From a bacterium (GTDB taxonomy: Bacteria; Patescibacteriota; Minisyncoccia; Phycocordibacterales; Phycocordibacteraceae), in contig JAJZRL010000002.1 of assembly GCA_021802705.1 (NCBI GenBank), forward strand, positions 91,024-155,023: a stretch of 64,000 nt of DNA, in the 5' to 3' direction. The notes under the pieces were generated by a model. That model was not told the origin of the DNA. It was given only the letters and a program-made list of their open reading frames with translations, and made no database searches. A program made the translations under genes and the position numbers. The first letter of the stretch is position 1. The number at the start of each line of letters is the position of its first letter. Shown here one piece after another: positions 36,923 to 47,976 of the stretch.

Positions 36923-39052
36923 ATGCCGCGCTTTCTCACCGTTTCGCTCATGATCTTCGCGCTTATCGCCTTCGCGCGCGCGCCGTTCGCCTTCGCCGCT
37001 TCGCCGGCAGCGATTACGAGCGCGACTGTCTCTTCGAGCGGAACCGCTGGAGCTCCTCCTCAGACAAGCGTCCAAGGGACCACGGCAAACGGCACTCAAA
37101 GCGCCACCAACCAGAAAAATCCGGCTGCGTACCCGCCTCCGTCCCCGTCTCCCTCCTCCTACAACACCATCATGATCCTGGTCATGAACCTTTTCGCGTG
37201 GCTCCTCGGCGTCGCGGCCATCACGCTCGATAACGCCGTATATTACACGGTCATCACGATGGGGAATTACGTCAATAACCTGACGGCTGTCGGCATCGCA
37301 TGGAGTATCCTGCGCGACATCGGCAACATCGTTCTTATTTTCGGATTCCTCGCTATCGGCATCGCGACCATACTAGACGTGAATTGGTACGGCAACCGAA
37401 CGAAGATGCTCCCGATACTCCTCATCGCCGCCATCTTCCTTAACTTCTCCCTCTTCATATCCGAAGCGATAATCGACGCAGGCAATCTCTTCGCGACCGA
37501 GTTCTATACGCAGATCAACGGCGGCAACCCGCCGCAACCGCTCAATCCTCTTAACCCTGCGGCCGTCCATACGGAAGGCATATCGAACAAGATCATGTCG
37601 CAGCTCGGGCTCCAGAGCATCTATGGCAATTCAGGTCAGGTGAATACGGCGATATTCCAGGCGGGCAACACGTGGGTCATCGGTTTCATGGGGATCCTGC
37701 TTTTCATGATTGCCGCGTTCGTCATGTTCTCGCTCGCATACATACTCATCGCACGGTTCGTCGCACTCATCTTCCTCATCATCATCGCGCCTATCGGGTT
37801 TGCGGGGCTTGCGGTACCGAAGCTTTCAAGCTCGGCAAGCAAGTGGTGGAAAATGCTTATCGATCAGACCATCACGGCGCCGGTACTGCTCCTTCTGCTC
37901 TACGTCGCTCTCAGGGTCATTACCGACCAGACATTCCTCACCGGCTTCTGTCTCCCGTCTTCCGGTTCAGGCAACCCGACATGCACCCCGAACTGGACGG
38001 GTTTTGCAAGCGGTAACTTCAACGGATTCGCGAGCATGATGCTTTCCTTCATTGTGGCGATGGGACTCCTCCTTGCGGTCGTCATCTTTTCGAGGAGTAT
38101 GTCGGCTTTCGGCGCAAGCTGGGCGACGAAAGCCGCGGGTGCCGCTACGTTCGGAGCAACGGCATGGGGCGCGAACAGGACCATCGGACGGGGAGCGTAT
38201 TACTTAAGACGCCGCGCGCTGCAAAGCGAAACCTTCAATAAGGTTGATGCCGCAACAGGCCGCGTCACGAGCCGCGTGCTCGGGTCTGCGGCGACCGCGA
38301 CGTATGACGTACGTGCCTCGAAGGCGTTCAAAAATATCCCGTACGGCGGAATCGCTGCTGGAGAAGCGGCGAAGGGTGGTTTCGTCGGCGCCCGCAAGCG
38401 CTCTATCGAAGCGCATGAGCAGGCCGCAAAGGATATCAAAGAGGCGCACGAGGAGCGTATTGCCAGGACGACTCAAACACATGAAGGGACGGTTGAGGCG
38501 CGCAAGGAAGCAGAAAAAGCGCATGAGCAGGCCGTAAAAGAAGCAAATGATACTCGCGAGCGCGTCACACAATCGGAGAAAGCGGAAGTTGAGCGCCTCA
38601 CCAAGCTAGCCGATGATAACAGGAACAAAGGCATATTTGATCCCAAGGTCGCAAATGACCTGAAAGCGGCCCAAGAGAAGCTTGCAGAGAGCGAGCGAAA
38701 ACTTGCCCCGACGATCGCTGCACTCGCCAAAGCGGCCGAGACCCTCAAGAATGCGAAAGATGCAGAGATAAAGGCCGAAAAAGAAAAGACCGAAGCAGTG
38801 GCTAGCGTGAATGCAAACAAGAGAGCATACGCAGAGGGGCTTAATCATCCGATCGGTTGGGTTGTCAACGGTCCCGGTTCGGGTGCAGCCGCACAGAAGA
38901 TTAGGGCCTCGCTTAAGGAAAAGGGCTACAAAGAGAAGCTCGAGGAGCTTGTCAGGGCACAGGTTAAGGAGGAAGATAAGATGAAAGAGAAAGAGAAGGT
39001 GGGTGGAGAAGAAAAGCCGAAAGAAGAGAGCAAACCTGAAGCGGGACACTAG
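36923..39052 (+). CDS. polytopic membrane protein with C-terminal charged coiled-coil (possibly VirB6/TrbL-like topology), 709 aa
   Basis: Signal peptide, S/T/P-rich linker, ~6-7 TM helices, then ~250 aa of K/E/A-rich heptad-like sequence. Start trimmed to MPRFLTV (the ATG 1 nt after the upstream stop). Confidence 0.55.
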   Translation: MPRFLTVSLMIFALIAFARAPFAFAASPAAITSATVSSSGTAGAPPQTSVQGTTANGTQSATNQKNPAAYPPPSPSPSSYNTIMILVMNLFAWLLGVAAITLDNAVYYTVITMGNYVNNLTAVGIAWSILRDIGNIVLIFGFLAIGIATILDVNWYGNRTKMLPILLIAAIFLNFSLFISEAIIDAGNLFATEFYTQINGGNPPQPLNPLNPAAVHTEGISNKIMSQLGLQSIYGNSGQVNTAIFQAGNTWVIGFMGILLFMIAAFVMFSLAYILIARFVALIFLIIIAPIGFAGLAVPKLSSSASKWWKMLIDQTITAPVLLLLLYVALRVITDQTFLTGFCLPSSGSGNPTCTPNWTGFASGNFNGFASMMLSFIVAMGLLLAVVIFSRSMSAFGASWATKAAGAATFGATAWGANRTIGRGAYYLRRRALQSETFNKVDAATGRVTSRVLGSAATATYDVRASKAFKNIPYGGIAAGEAAKGGFVGARKRSIEAHEQAAKDIKEAHEERIARTTQTHEGTVEARKEAEKAHEQAVKEANDTRERVTQSEKAEVERLTKLADDNRNKGIFDPKVANDLKAAQEKLAESERKLAPTIAALAKAAETLKNAKDAEIKAEKEKTEAVASVNANKRAYAEGLNHPIGWVVNGPGSGAAAQKIRASLKEKGYKEKLEELVRAQVKEEDKMKEKEKVGGEEKPKEESKPEAGH

Positions 39053-39055
39053 CCT

Positions 39056-39805
39056 ATGGACCAAAACCCGGAAGAACCGACTCTCGAAGAAAGCATCAAT
39101 CAAGTGATGCAGACCTTGCCGCCGCCGATCCGGCGTTATCTGTCGGGAGGGAACTACACGGTCGTCGCAAAAGGACTCATGAGCAAATACGGTCTCCGTA
39201 TCGACCAGGGCGGCGTGCTTGAGCGCGAGATCATGCTGCTTCTCATGGGTATCGAGAGCCCGGACGAGTTCGCCGCCGCGCTCAAGAGCGAAGCGGCGAT
39301 AGCGGAAGACGTCGTGCGCAACATCATGACCGATGTAAACCGGGAGATCTTCATTCCCTTACGGGAAGAGATGCGGAATACGGACAGGAACGCGGATAAC
39401 GAGGCTCGGGGAGCCGGAATGAGTTCGCCGGCGCACGAGGAGCCTATCGCTTCGGCTCCGCAGGCAGACATGCCGGCCCTGCGCCCTGCGCCTCTTCCGC
39501 CACCTCCTCCGGCTTTTTTTGCTGCCGCCCCTTTGCCACCGAAAATGACGATGCCGCCGTCTGTACCGAGTACGGTTCCGGCGAGCGTGCAGCCGAACGT
39601 TCTTGCCGAAGAAGCCCGAGCGCGTATCTCAAATATCACCCCGCGCTCCGAAATGCCGCTCCCGTCCGTCCCCACAGGTCTCCCAGGCGCGATGCCGCCG
39701 CGCGCCGCCCCTGAAGCGGGACCGGGTTCCGCTGCGCCTGCGCCCATCACCTCGTACTCCGTCGACCCCTACCGCGAGCCGGTCGACGAACCGCCGCAAG
39801 CCTAG
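39056..39805 (+). CDS. hypothetical protein with Pro/Ala-rich C-terminal half
   Basis: Globular N-terminal ~120 aa, then PAPLPPPPPAFFAAAPLPP... Confidence 0.45.
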   Translation: MDQNPEEPTLEESINQVMQTLPPPIRRYLSGGNYTVVAKGLMSKYGLRIDQGGVLEREIMLLLMGIESPDEFAAALKSEAAIAEDVVRNIMTDVNREIFIPLREEMRNTDRNADNEARGAGMSSPAHEEPIASAPQADMPALRPAPLPPPPPAFFAAAPLPPKMTMPPSVPSTVPASVQPNVLAEEARARISNITPRSEMPLPSVPTGLPGAMPPRAAPEAGPGSAAPAPITSYSVDPYREPVDEPPQA

Positions 39806-39834
39806 TTGCATTATCCCGTGCGGTTCTATATAGT
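39806..39834 (+). promoter_or_regulatory. sigma70-like promoter for rpsL (TTGCAT-17 nt-TATAGT)
   Basis: Near-consensus hexamers and spacing, seen directly. Confidence 0.5.
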
Positions 39835-39842
39835 GCGTCTAT

Positions 39843-39860
39843 CCCGCGTGCGCGGGTTTT
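39843..39860 (+). promoter_or_regulatory. GC hairpin + TTTT between the promoter and the rpsL start (5'-terminal stem-loop or attenuator)
   Basis: cccgcg-tg-cgcggg followed by ttttct, 4 nt before the ATG. No SD sequence. Confidence 0.4.
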
Positions 39861-39864
39861 CTAA

Positions 39865-40278
39865 ATGGCCACCATCAACCAGCTCTCGAAGAGAGGTCGC
39901 AGCAGCAAGCCGTCGAAGACGAGCGTGCTCGCCCTTACGCGCGGATTCAACACGCTCAAGAACCGCCCCACGTTCTACTCATCCCCCTTTAAGCGCGGCG
40001 TTTGCACCAAGGTGACGACGAAAACCCCCCGCAAGCCGAACTCCGCTATCCGCAAGATCGCCCGCGTGCGGCTCACGAACGGCATGGAAATAACCGCTTA
40101 TATTCCCGGGGAAACGCACAATCTTCAGGAACACTCCGTCGTGCTCGTCCGCGGCGGCCGCGTGAAGGATATCGGCGTCCAGTACACCATCGTTCGCGGC
40201 AAGCTCGATACGAGCGGTCTTGAGAAGCGCCGCACGTCGCGCTCGCGATACGGCGCGAAGCGTCCTTCGGCGAAATAA
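39865..40278 (+). CDS. rpsL: 30S ribosomal protein S12
   Basis: MATINQL...KRGVCTKV...[15 protein letters not shown]...[18 protein letters not shown]. Confidence 0.95.
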   Translation: MATINQLSKRGRSSKPSKTSVLALTRGFNTLKNRPTFYSSPFKRGVCTKVTTKTPRKPNSAIRKIARVRLTNGMEITAYIPGETHNLQEHSVVLVRGGRVKDIGVQYTIVRGKLDTSGLEKRRTSRSRYGAKRPSAK

Positions 40279-40283
40279 CATTT

Positions 40284-40748
40284 ATGCGCCGCCCTCTCAA
40301 AAAGAAGCGTACCTGGCGTCCTGACCTGAAATACGGGTCGGAAACGCTTACGCGCTTCATCAATACCGTCATGTGGAACGGCAAGAAAGACACGGCGCGT
40401 TCCATCGTGTACGATGCGCTCGCAAGCATCAAAGAATCCGGTGCCGACCCGCTCGAGACGTTCGAGACGGCGTTGCGAAACGCGTCTCCTTTGATGGAAG
40501 TGCGGTCTCGCCGCGTCGGCGGCGCGAACTACCAGGTTCCGCGCGAAGTCTCCCAGAACCGCCGGCTTGCGCTCGCGTTCCGCTGGATCATAAACGCCGC
40601 CCGCGCGAAAAAAGGGAAACCGATGGCAGATAAGCTCGCGACGGAACTCATCCTTGCCGCGAAGAACGAAGGCGATGCCATAAAGAAAAAGGACGATATG
40701 CACCGCATGGCGGAGAGCAACAAGGCGTTTGCGCATTTTGCGTGGTAG
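40284..40748 (+). CDS. rpsG: 30S ribosomal protein S7
   Basis: 154 aa with S7-like sequence. Confidence 0.9.
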   Translation: MRRPLKKKRTWRPDLKYGSETLTRFINTVMWNGKKDTARSIVYDALASIKESGADPLETFETALRNASPLMEVRSRRVGGANYQVPREVSQNRRLALAFRWIINAARAKKGKPMADKLATELILAAKNEGDAIKKKDDMHRMAESNKAFAHFAW

Positions 40749-40767
40749 GAGAAAGGAGTCGTGCACG

Positions 40768-40793
40768 AAAAACCCGCCATACGGCGGGTTTTA
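40768..40793. terminator. intrinsic terminator after rpsG (bidirectional; also closes the antisense small ORF)
   Basis: aaaacccgcc-atac-ggcgggtttt, a perfect stem flanked by an A-run and a T-run. Confidence 0.65.
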
Positions 40794-40798
40794 AAATA

Positions 40799-41032
40799 TC
40801 AGTCGACGGTGACGTTCGAATAAGAAGCTTTATGTATCGCTGAAGCGAGAAGCGCGAGCGTTCCCGAACATTCGTATCCGCGATCCCGTGCCGCATGCAG
40901 AACCTGCTTTGCTTCAAGCAGTTTTTCTGCGGTCCAACACACAGGATCGTTCGTTCTTTTCAACAGACATTCGAAATAGTAGGCGCGTTGCGCCAGGATT
41001 GAGCGAACATCCTCTTGCTGCGTCTTCCACAT
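40799..41032 (-). CDS. small antisense hypothetical protein (77 aa) between rpsG and fusA
   Basis: Strong SD (AAAGGAGAAACGAG) 8 nt upstream of the ATG. Four Cys. Ends at the bidirectional terminator. Confidence 0.4.
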   Translation of the reverse strand: MWKTQQEDVRSILAQRAYYFECLLKRTNDPVCWTAEKLLEAKQVLHAARDRGYECSGTLALLASAIHKASYSNVTVD

Positions 41033-41086
41033 CTCGTTTCTCCTTTGAACAAAACCTGCCTAAACGATACCGTCCCGCGGCACGCT

Positions 41087-41115
41087 TTGCAATTTGGACG
41101 GTTCCCAGGTATTCT
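41087..41115 (+). promoter_or_regulatory. sigma70-like promoter for fusA (TTGCAA-17 nt-TATTCT) with ~115-nt structured leader
   Basis: Hexamers seen directly. The leader holds a long-range inverted repeat CATTTTCAC...GTGAAAATG followed by TTATTTTTT. Confidence 0.45.
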
Positions 41116-41230
41116 GCTCGTAACGCCTCGACGCATTTTCACTGTCACGCGCGGGAAGCGGAATCCTCATCGATCCACTCCCGACGCCCCGTGAAAATGT
41201 TTGAGGCAGCTTATTTTTTCTAATCCTTGT

Positions 41231-43378
41231 ATGAACCGCGATTATCCACTTGAGAAAGTCCGCAACTTCGGCATCATCGCTCACATCGACGCCGGGAAGA
41301 CGACGACGAGCGAGCGCGTGCTTTTTTATACGGGCAGCCAGCACAAGATAGGCGAGGTGCACGAAGGCGAGACGACGACCGACTGGATGGAGCAGGAGCG
41401 CGAACGCGGCATCACCATCACGGCTGCCGCTATCACCTGTTTCTGGAGCAAGACGGAAGAGAAGGATAAGAAAGACGCTTCGAAGAAATTCCGTTTCAAC
41501 ATCATCGATACGCCCGGACACATCGATTTCACCGCCGAAGTGAAACGTTCGATGCGCGTTCTTGACGGCGCTATCGTCGTTTTCGACGGCGTCGCAGGCG
41601 TCGAACCGCAATCAGAGACCAACTGGCGGTATGCCGACGAGGCGAATGTGCCGCGCGTCTGCTTCATCAACAAGCTCGACCGGACGGGCGCTTCATTCGA
41701 ACGCTCGTACGCTTCCATCCTCAGCCGGCTCTCTCCGAAAGCGATCCGCATGCAGATCCCTATCGGTGAGGAATCGGCGCACGAAGGCGTCGTCGACCTG
41801 CTCGCCATGAAAGCGTATCGTTTCGAGGGAAGCATGGGCGAGGAGGTCATAGAAGGAGACATACCGGCCGATCTCGCGCAGGATGCGAAGAAATATCGCG
41901 GCGAGCTTATCGAGCGTATCGTCGAGCAAGACGACGCGGCGATGAATGCATACCTCGAAGGGAAGGAGCCTTCTCTTGAGGAGCTGAAGAGCATCCTTCG
42001 CAAGGCAGTCATCGCAAACCAGGTTTTCCCGGTATATTGCGGCAGCGCGCTTAAGAACAAAGGCGTGCAACTCGTGCTCGACGCGGTCGTTGACTATCTT
42101 CCATCTCCGCTCGATCTTCCTCCGGCGACGGGATTGAACCCGAAGACCGGCGAGCCGATTGAGCGCCATGCGTCCGACGAAGAGCCGTTTTGCGCGCTTG
42201 CCTTCAAGCTCCAGACCGACCCGTTCGTCGGCGCGCTCACGTTCTTCCGCGTCTATTCGGGCACGCTCTCTTCAGGCTCGTACGTCTACAATTCGACGAC
42301 GGGCGTCAAGGAGCGTATCGGCCGCATCGTCCGTCTTCAGGCGGATAAGCGCGAGGAAGTCGAGAAAGTGTTTTCGGGCGAGATAGCGGCCGCTGTCGGC
42401 CTTAAGGATACGAAGACCTCGCATACGCTCTGCGATGAGGCGAATCCGATCGTGCTCGAGCAGATAAAGTTCCCGGAACCGGTCGTGAGCTTGCGCATAG
42501 AGCCGAAAACCAAGGCAGACCAGGAAAAGATGGGCATCGCGCTCAATAAGCTCGCGGACGAGGACCCGACATTCCGTGTTACGACCGACGAAGAGACCGC
42601 CGAGACCATCATCTCCGGCATGGGCGAGCTTCATCTTGAGATCCTCGTCGACCGCATGAAGCGCGAATTCAACGTCGTTGCGGATGTCGGGAAACCCCAG
42701 GTGGCGTATCGGGAGACGATCCTCGGCGCTTCGGACGCCGAAGGGAAATACATCAAACAGACCGGCGGCCGCGGCCAGTACGGCCACGTGAAGATTCGCA
42801 TCAAGAAACTCGAACCCCTTGCGGAAGGAGCAAAGATCGCGAAGAACGTGACGCGGAACGACCATTTCGAATTCATCAACAATATCAAGGGAGGCGTCGT
42901 CCCGCAGGAATACATCCCGGCGGTTGAAAAAGGGATACGTGAAGCCATGTCGCGCGGCATCCTCGCCGGATTCCCCATGGTGGATATTTCCGCCGACCTC
43001 TATGACGGCTCGTATCACGAGGTCGACTCTTCGGAAATCGCCTTCAAGATCGCGGCCTCGATGGCATTCCACGATGCCGCGCAAAAAGCGAAGCCGGTCA
43101 TTCTCGAGCCGATCATGCGCGTCGAAGTCATCGTTCCGGAACAGTTCATGGGCGACATCACCGGTTCGCTCTCAGGCAAGCGCGGGCAGATCGAGGGTAT
43201 GGAGGATCGCGGTATGAACAAGGCCGTGCATGCCAAAGTCCCGCTTTCCGAAATGTTCGGCTATACGACGACGCTCCGCTCGATGACGGAAGGGCGCGGC
43301 AGCATGACGATGGAATTCGACCACTACGATGTCGTTCCGCAAAATGTCGCCGCCGATATCATCGCAAGCCGGAAGTAG
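41231..43378 (+). CDS. fusA: elongation factor G
   Basis: [25 protein letters not shown]... Start trimmed to the conserved N-terminus. Confidence 0.95.
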   Translation: MNRDYPLEKVRNFGIIAHIDAGKTTTSERVLFYTGSQHKIGEVHEGETTTDWMEQERERGITITAAAITCFWSKTEEKDKKDASKKFRFNIIDTPGHIDFTAEVKRSMRVLDGAIVVFDGVAGVEPQSETNWRYADEANVPRVCFINKLDRTGASFERSYASILSRLSPKAIRMQIPIGEESAHEGVVDLLAMKAYRFEGSMGEEVIEGDIPADLAQDAKKYRGELIERIVEQDDAAMNAYLEGKEPSLEELKSILRKAVIANQVFPVYCGSALKNKGVQLVLDAVVDYLPSPLDLPPATGLNPKTGEPIERHASDEEPFCALAFKLQTDPFVGALTFFRVYSGTLSSGSYVYNSTTGVKERIGRIVRLQADKREEVEKVFSGEIAAAVGLKDTKTSHTLCDEANPIVLEQIKFPEPVVSLRIEPKTKADQEKMGIALNKLADEDPTFRVTTDEETAETIISGMGELHLEILVDRMKREFNVVADVGKPQVAYRETILGASDAEGKYIKQTGGRGQYGHVKIRIKKLEPLAEGAKIAKNVTRNDHFEFINNIKGGVVPQEYIPAVEKGIREAMSRGILAGFPMVDISADLYDGSYHEVDSSEIAFKIAASMAFHDAAQKAKPVILEPIMRVEVIVPEQFMGDITGSLSGKRGQIEGMEDRGMNKAVHAKVPLSEMFGYTTTLRSMTEGRGSMTMEFDHYDVVPQNVAADIIASRK

Positions 43379-43392
43379 CCGCTAAAGCACAG

Positions 43393-43430
43393 AGCCAAAA
43401 CGGCCGCCCATTGGACGGCCGTTTTGGCTG
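43393..43430 (+). terminator. intrinsic terminator after fusA
   Basis: gccaaaacggccg...cggccgttttggc stem, then a T-rich tail. Confidence 0.6.
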
Positions 43431-43444
43431 TATACTGTATTCAT

Positions 43445-44251
43445 ATGCCCAACGATCTTCATACGCCCGCAGAGATACCGGGAATCTTTGACCTTATCCG
43501 TTTCGGCACGGCACTCTACAAAGAACGCCTGAAGACGGTTCTCGTCCTGCTTCTCATACAGATCGCTGCGGGCGTGTTCTTCGGTGCCGCGATCGTCGCC
43601 TCGGCACTCTCGACGATTGCGTTCGGCGTCTCGGGCATGCTGTTCGTCGCTTTGAGCGTGTTGGCGTTCATCTATGGAGCACTCTGGCTTGAAGTCGCGT
43701 TCCTCCGCGCATTTTCAGATCCGGTGGAGTTCATGACCGTGCGAGGGCTGTTCGCGCGCTCCCGTTCCCAGATATTCCCGTTCCTGTGGGTCTCGTTCCT
43801 CGTGTTATGCGCCATGCTCGCTGCAGTTGCGCTCGTCGCCGCGTTCGGACTCGTGGGCGCATTCCTCTTCGGAAAGGGCGTCGTCGTTGAGGAAGTGATC
43901 CTTGGCGCTCTTATCGCGATTAGCGCATCCGTCTTCATCGCGACACGCCTTGTCTTTGCGAACTGGATCGTCGTACGGGACCGCGCCCGCGGCTTTGCCG
44001 CGCTTCATGAGAGTATGCGCTTGACTCGGGGCATTTTCTGGCCGGTATTCGGGCGCTTCTTCGGATTGAGCTTCATCATGGGCGGCCTCACGTTCCTTCT
44101 CCAACTTTTCGCCGTACTCCTGCTTGGCCGGTATGGAAGCATGCTGTCGCAGCTTATAAGCATGCTCGTCTTCACCCCGGTCTTCGTCGCCGCAACCTGG
44201 GTCCTCTACCGATCAGTCGCTACCGAAACGCCGCCCGATGCGCAGCCGTAG
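43445..44251 (+). CDS. polytopic membrane protein (hypothetical) inserted between fusA and tuf
   Basis: 268 aa with ~6 TM helices. Start trimmed to MPNDLHT. Confidence 0.55.
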   Translation: MPNDLHTPAEIPGIFDLIRFGTALYKERLKTVLVLLLIQIAAGVFFGAAIVASALSTIAFGVSGMLFVALSVLAFIYGALWLEVAFLRAFSDPVEFMTVRGLFARSRSQIFPFLWVSFLVLCAMLAAVALVAAFGLVGAFLFGKGVVVEEVILGALIAISASVFIATRLVFANWIVVRDRARGFAALHESMRLTRGIFWPVFGRFFGLSFIMGGLTFLLQLFAVLLLGRYGSMLSQLISMLVFTPVFVAATWVLYRSVATETPPDAQP

Positions 44252-44428
44252 GAGATCCGGCCGCTGTTGTTGCATTTCAAACCGGCCTCCCGTATAGTTA
44301 CCCTAACGCATCTTGGCGTCGCTCTTTGGCTTGTCTGCTCTGTTTCTTGTGAGTCGGCAGGCCGGAAGAGCTTGTTCCGACTCGCGTCGGTTCATTCGTG
44401 ATTTAGCAACCTAATAAACCGATTCACT

Positions 44429-45628
<1,200 letters not shown>

Positions 45629-45647
45629 CCGCGGCTGACACACTCAT

Positions 45648-46028
45648 ATGGCGACAATAACGGAATCGACGAAACCGAAAGCCAAGCGCACGCCGAAGAA
45701 GGCTGCTGCCGCTGCTCAAGCGGAGCACAAGCTCCGCATCCGTGTCCGCGCCTATGAGCACAAGATTCTCGATTTGTCGGTAAAACAGATCATGGACACC
45801 GCGGCGCGCTTCGATGCGACGGTCGTCGGGCCCGTGCCATTGCCGACCGAGATCAAGCGCTGGACGGTAAACCGCTCGACATTCGTCCATAAGGATGCGC
45901 GGGAGCAGTTCGAGATGCGCATCCATAAGCGTCTCATCGATATTCTGAACCCCTCTCCAAAGGTCATTGAGGCCCTCACGAACCTCAATCTTCCTTCCGG
46001 GGTCACGATTGACGTCAAGATGATCTAA
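45648..46028 (+). CDS. rpsJ: 30S ribosomal protein S10 (with ~22-aa Lys/Ala-rich N-terminal extension)
   Basis: ...HKLRIRVRAYEHKILD...VGPVPLPTEIKRWTVNRSTFVHKDAREQFEMRIHKRLIDI. Confidence 0.9.
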   Translation: MATITESTKPKAKRTPKKAAAAAQAEHKLRIRVRAYEHKILDLSVKQIMDTAARFDATVVGPVPLPTEIKRWTVNRSTFVHKDAREQFEMRIHKRLIDILNPSPKVIEALTNLNLPSGVTIDVKMI

Positions 46029-46052
46029 CCTCGCTGTCTCACAAGGACGGCA

Positions 46053-46090
46053 AGCGCAAAAGCGGCTCATTAAGGGGCCGCTTTTGCGCT
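46053..46090 (+). promoter_or_regulatory. 14-bp GC-rich hairpin between rpsJ and rplC with no U-tract on either strand (RNA structure or protein-binding site)
   Basis: agcgcaaaagcggc...gccgcttttgcgct. Followed at ~46099-46127 by a promoter-like TTGTAT-17 nt-TAGAGT. Confidence 0.4.
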
Positions 46091-46216
46091 TCTCAGCCCC
46101 TGTACTTGTATATTTCCACGCCTTCCTGTAGAGTGCTCTCAACGCTACGAACGGTGCCTCCGGCCGGTCCTATGGCAAAACGCGCGTTGCGGTTTGCCGG
46201 CACGCGTTTTTATTTT

Positions 46217-46831
46217 ATGAAATTCATTCTTGCCACAAAGGAAGGTATGACGCGTCTCTTCGGAGAGGACGGTCGCGCACGCGCGGGTACGATTCTGAAG
46301 ACCGACGGCGTTACCGTCACACAGGTGAAGACGGCCGACGGCAAGGACCGCTACGCGGCCATCCAGGTCGGTTTTGGCACGAAAAAGACAAAGAATACGG
46401 ACAAAGCCGTTCTTGGCCACACGAAGGGCAAGGGCTACGCGGTCATCCGTGAGTTTCGCGGTGCCGAAGCTGCGGAGGTCGGCAGCACGATCGATTCCGG
46501 AACGTTCGCTGTCGGCGACGTCGTGCGTGTTTCCGGTCTTACCAAAGGAAAAGGATTTGCAAGCGTCATAAAGCGGCACGGTTTCCACGGAGGACCGCGC
46601 ACGCACGGTCAGAAGCACTCGGAGCACGCCCCGGGCTCTATCGGCGGATCAGGCGGCCGTGCAGGCGGTCGCGTCGTTAAGGGCATGCGCATGGCCGGTC
46701 GCATGGGGCATGAGCGCGTTACCGTTCCGAATCTTAAAGTGCTCGCCGTCGATGCGGTTGCCGGGAAAATTATCGTTTCCGGAGCGGTACCCGGCGCCCG
46801 CGGCACGCTGCTTGAAGTGGTTTCCGAATAA
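46217..46831 (+). CDS. rplC: 50S ribosomal protein L3
   Basis: MKFILATKEGMTRLF... Start trimmed. Confidence 0.9.
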   Translation: MKFILATKEGMTRLFGEDGRARAGTILKTDGVTVTQVKTADGKDRYAAIQVGFGTKKTKNTDKAVLGHTKGKGYAVIREFRGAEAAEVGSTIDSGTFAVGDVVRVSGLTKGKGFASVIKRHGFHGGPRTHGQKHSEHAPGSIGGSGGRAGGRVVKGMRMAGRMGHERVTVPNLKVLAVDAVAGKIIVSGAVPGARGTLLEVVSE

Positions 46832-46841
46832 TTCGATATCT

Positions 46842-47588
46842 ATGGCTACCGCAAAAAAGACAACGAAGAGCATTGCCAGCGCACCAGTAGAGCGCGCGGA
46901 GCGTCCCGCGCTTGCACCGGCCGAATCGGCGATATTTTCGATGGACGGAACGAAAGTCGGGACCATCGCCCTCCCGAAAGAGCTTTTCGGCATGCCGTGG
47001 AGAAGCGACCTCGTGCATCAGGTCGCGCTCGCAATGCAAGCGAATAAGCGGCAGAACCGCGCGCATACGAAAGACCGGTCGGAAGTGTCCGGCAGCGGCA
47101 AGAGGCCGTGGAAGCAGAAAGGGACCGGTCAAGCGCGCCACAGCTCGCGCCGTTCCCCACTCTGGCGGCATGGAGGCGTGACGTTTGGTCCGCGTAATGA
47201 CCGCGATTACAGCGAGAAGATCAATCGCAAGATGCGCGCCGGCGCGCTCGCATCGATCCTCTCAAGGAAGGCGAAAGACGGGGAGATCATTCTGGTCGAC
47301 AAGCTCTCGTTTGCCGCGCCGAAGACGGCCGAGGCGAAAAACGCTCTTACGGCGCTCGCGAAAGGCGCGGCTTCTGCGCCGCTCGCTTCAAAAAAGAGAA
47401 ACGCCGCTATCTTCGCGCTCGCCGATTACGACGCGAACGCCATAAAGAGCTTCCGGAATATCAACTCGATCATGACCGAGGAAGTGCGCTGTATCAATCC
47501 GGTCGACATTCTCGCGCATAAGTATCTCGTTATTGAGAATCCCGAAACGGCATTCGCGACGCTCCTTTCACGCGTCAAATCTAAATAA
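46842..47588 (+). CDS. rplD: 50S ribosomal protein L4
   Basis: MATAKKT... L4-like core with KQKGTGQARHSSRRSPLWRHGGVTFGP. Confidence 0.9.
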   Translation: MATAKKTTKSIASAPVERAERPALAPAESAIFSMDGTKVGTIALPKELFGMPWRSDLVHQVALAMQANKRQNRAHTKDRSEVSGSGKRPWKQKGTGQARHSSRRSPLWRHGGVTFGPRNDRDYSEKINRKMRAGALASILSRKAKDGEIILVDKLSFAAPKTAEAKNALTALAKGAASAPLASKKRNAAIFALADYDANAIKSFRNINSIMTEEVRCINPVDILAHKYLVIENPETAFATLLSRVKSK

Positions 47589-47594
47589 GTCTCT

Positions 47595-47957
47595 ATGGCA
47601 CTTTTCACCACCGATTCCAAGAAAGATAAAAAGGCCGCGCCGGTACGGAAAGCGCACGCCAAAAAACTCATAGACGGCCGTGCGCACGAAATCATTCGCG
47701 CGCCATGGTTTTCTGAAAAAGCGCTTTTGGCGACCGAAAGGGGCGTGTACGCTTTCACCGTTCCTGCGAGCGTGACGAAAGCGGACGTCGCCGGCGCTAT
47801 CAAAGAGATATTCAAGGTCGAGCCCCGGGCTGTGCGCATTGCGAATCTCCCCGGGAAACGCAAGTCTTTGCGCACGCGCCCCGGTTTTAGCACGCGCGCC
47901 GCGCGTCGCAAGGCATACGTTTATCTGCGCGAGGGCGACACCATCCAATTTGCCTAG
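47595..47957 (+). CDS. rplW: 50S ribosomal protein L23 (N-terminal extension)
   Basis: 120 aa with L23-like sequence; the core begins around IRAPWFSEKA. Confidence 0.85.
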   Translation: MALFTTDSKKDKKAAPVRKAHAKKLIDGRAHEIIRAPWFSEKALLATERGVYAFTVPASVTKADVAGAIKEIFKVEPRAVRIANLPGKRKSLRTRPGFSTRAARRKAYVYLREGDTIQFA

Positions 47958-47976
47958 TGTCCTAATCATATTCCCT

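Noticed and set aside
41201-41230. Longer fusA start ([10 protein letters not shown]...) given by the ORF track
   Set aside because: The conserved EF-G N-terminus begins at [16 protein letters not shown] (41231). The upstream codons lie in the leader.
44252-44428. Expected tRNA genes upstream of tuf
   Set aside because: No cloverleaf with a T-loop (GTTCGANTC) could be folded. Only a GAGTCGG...CCGACTC hairpin is present, likely part of the tuf leader.
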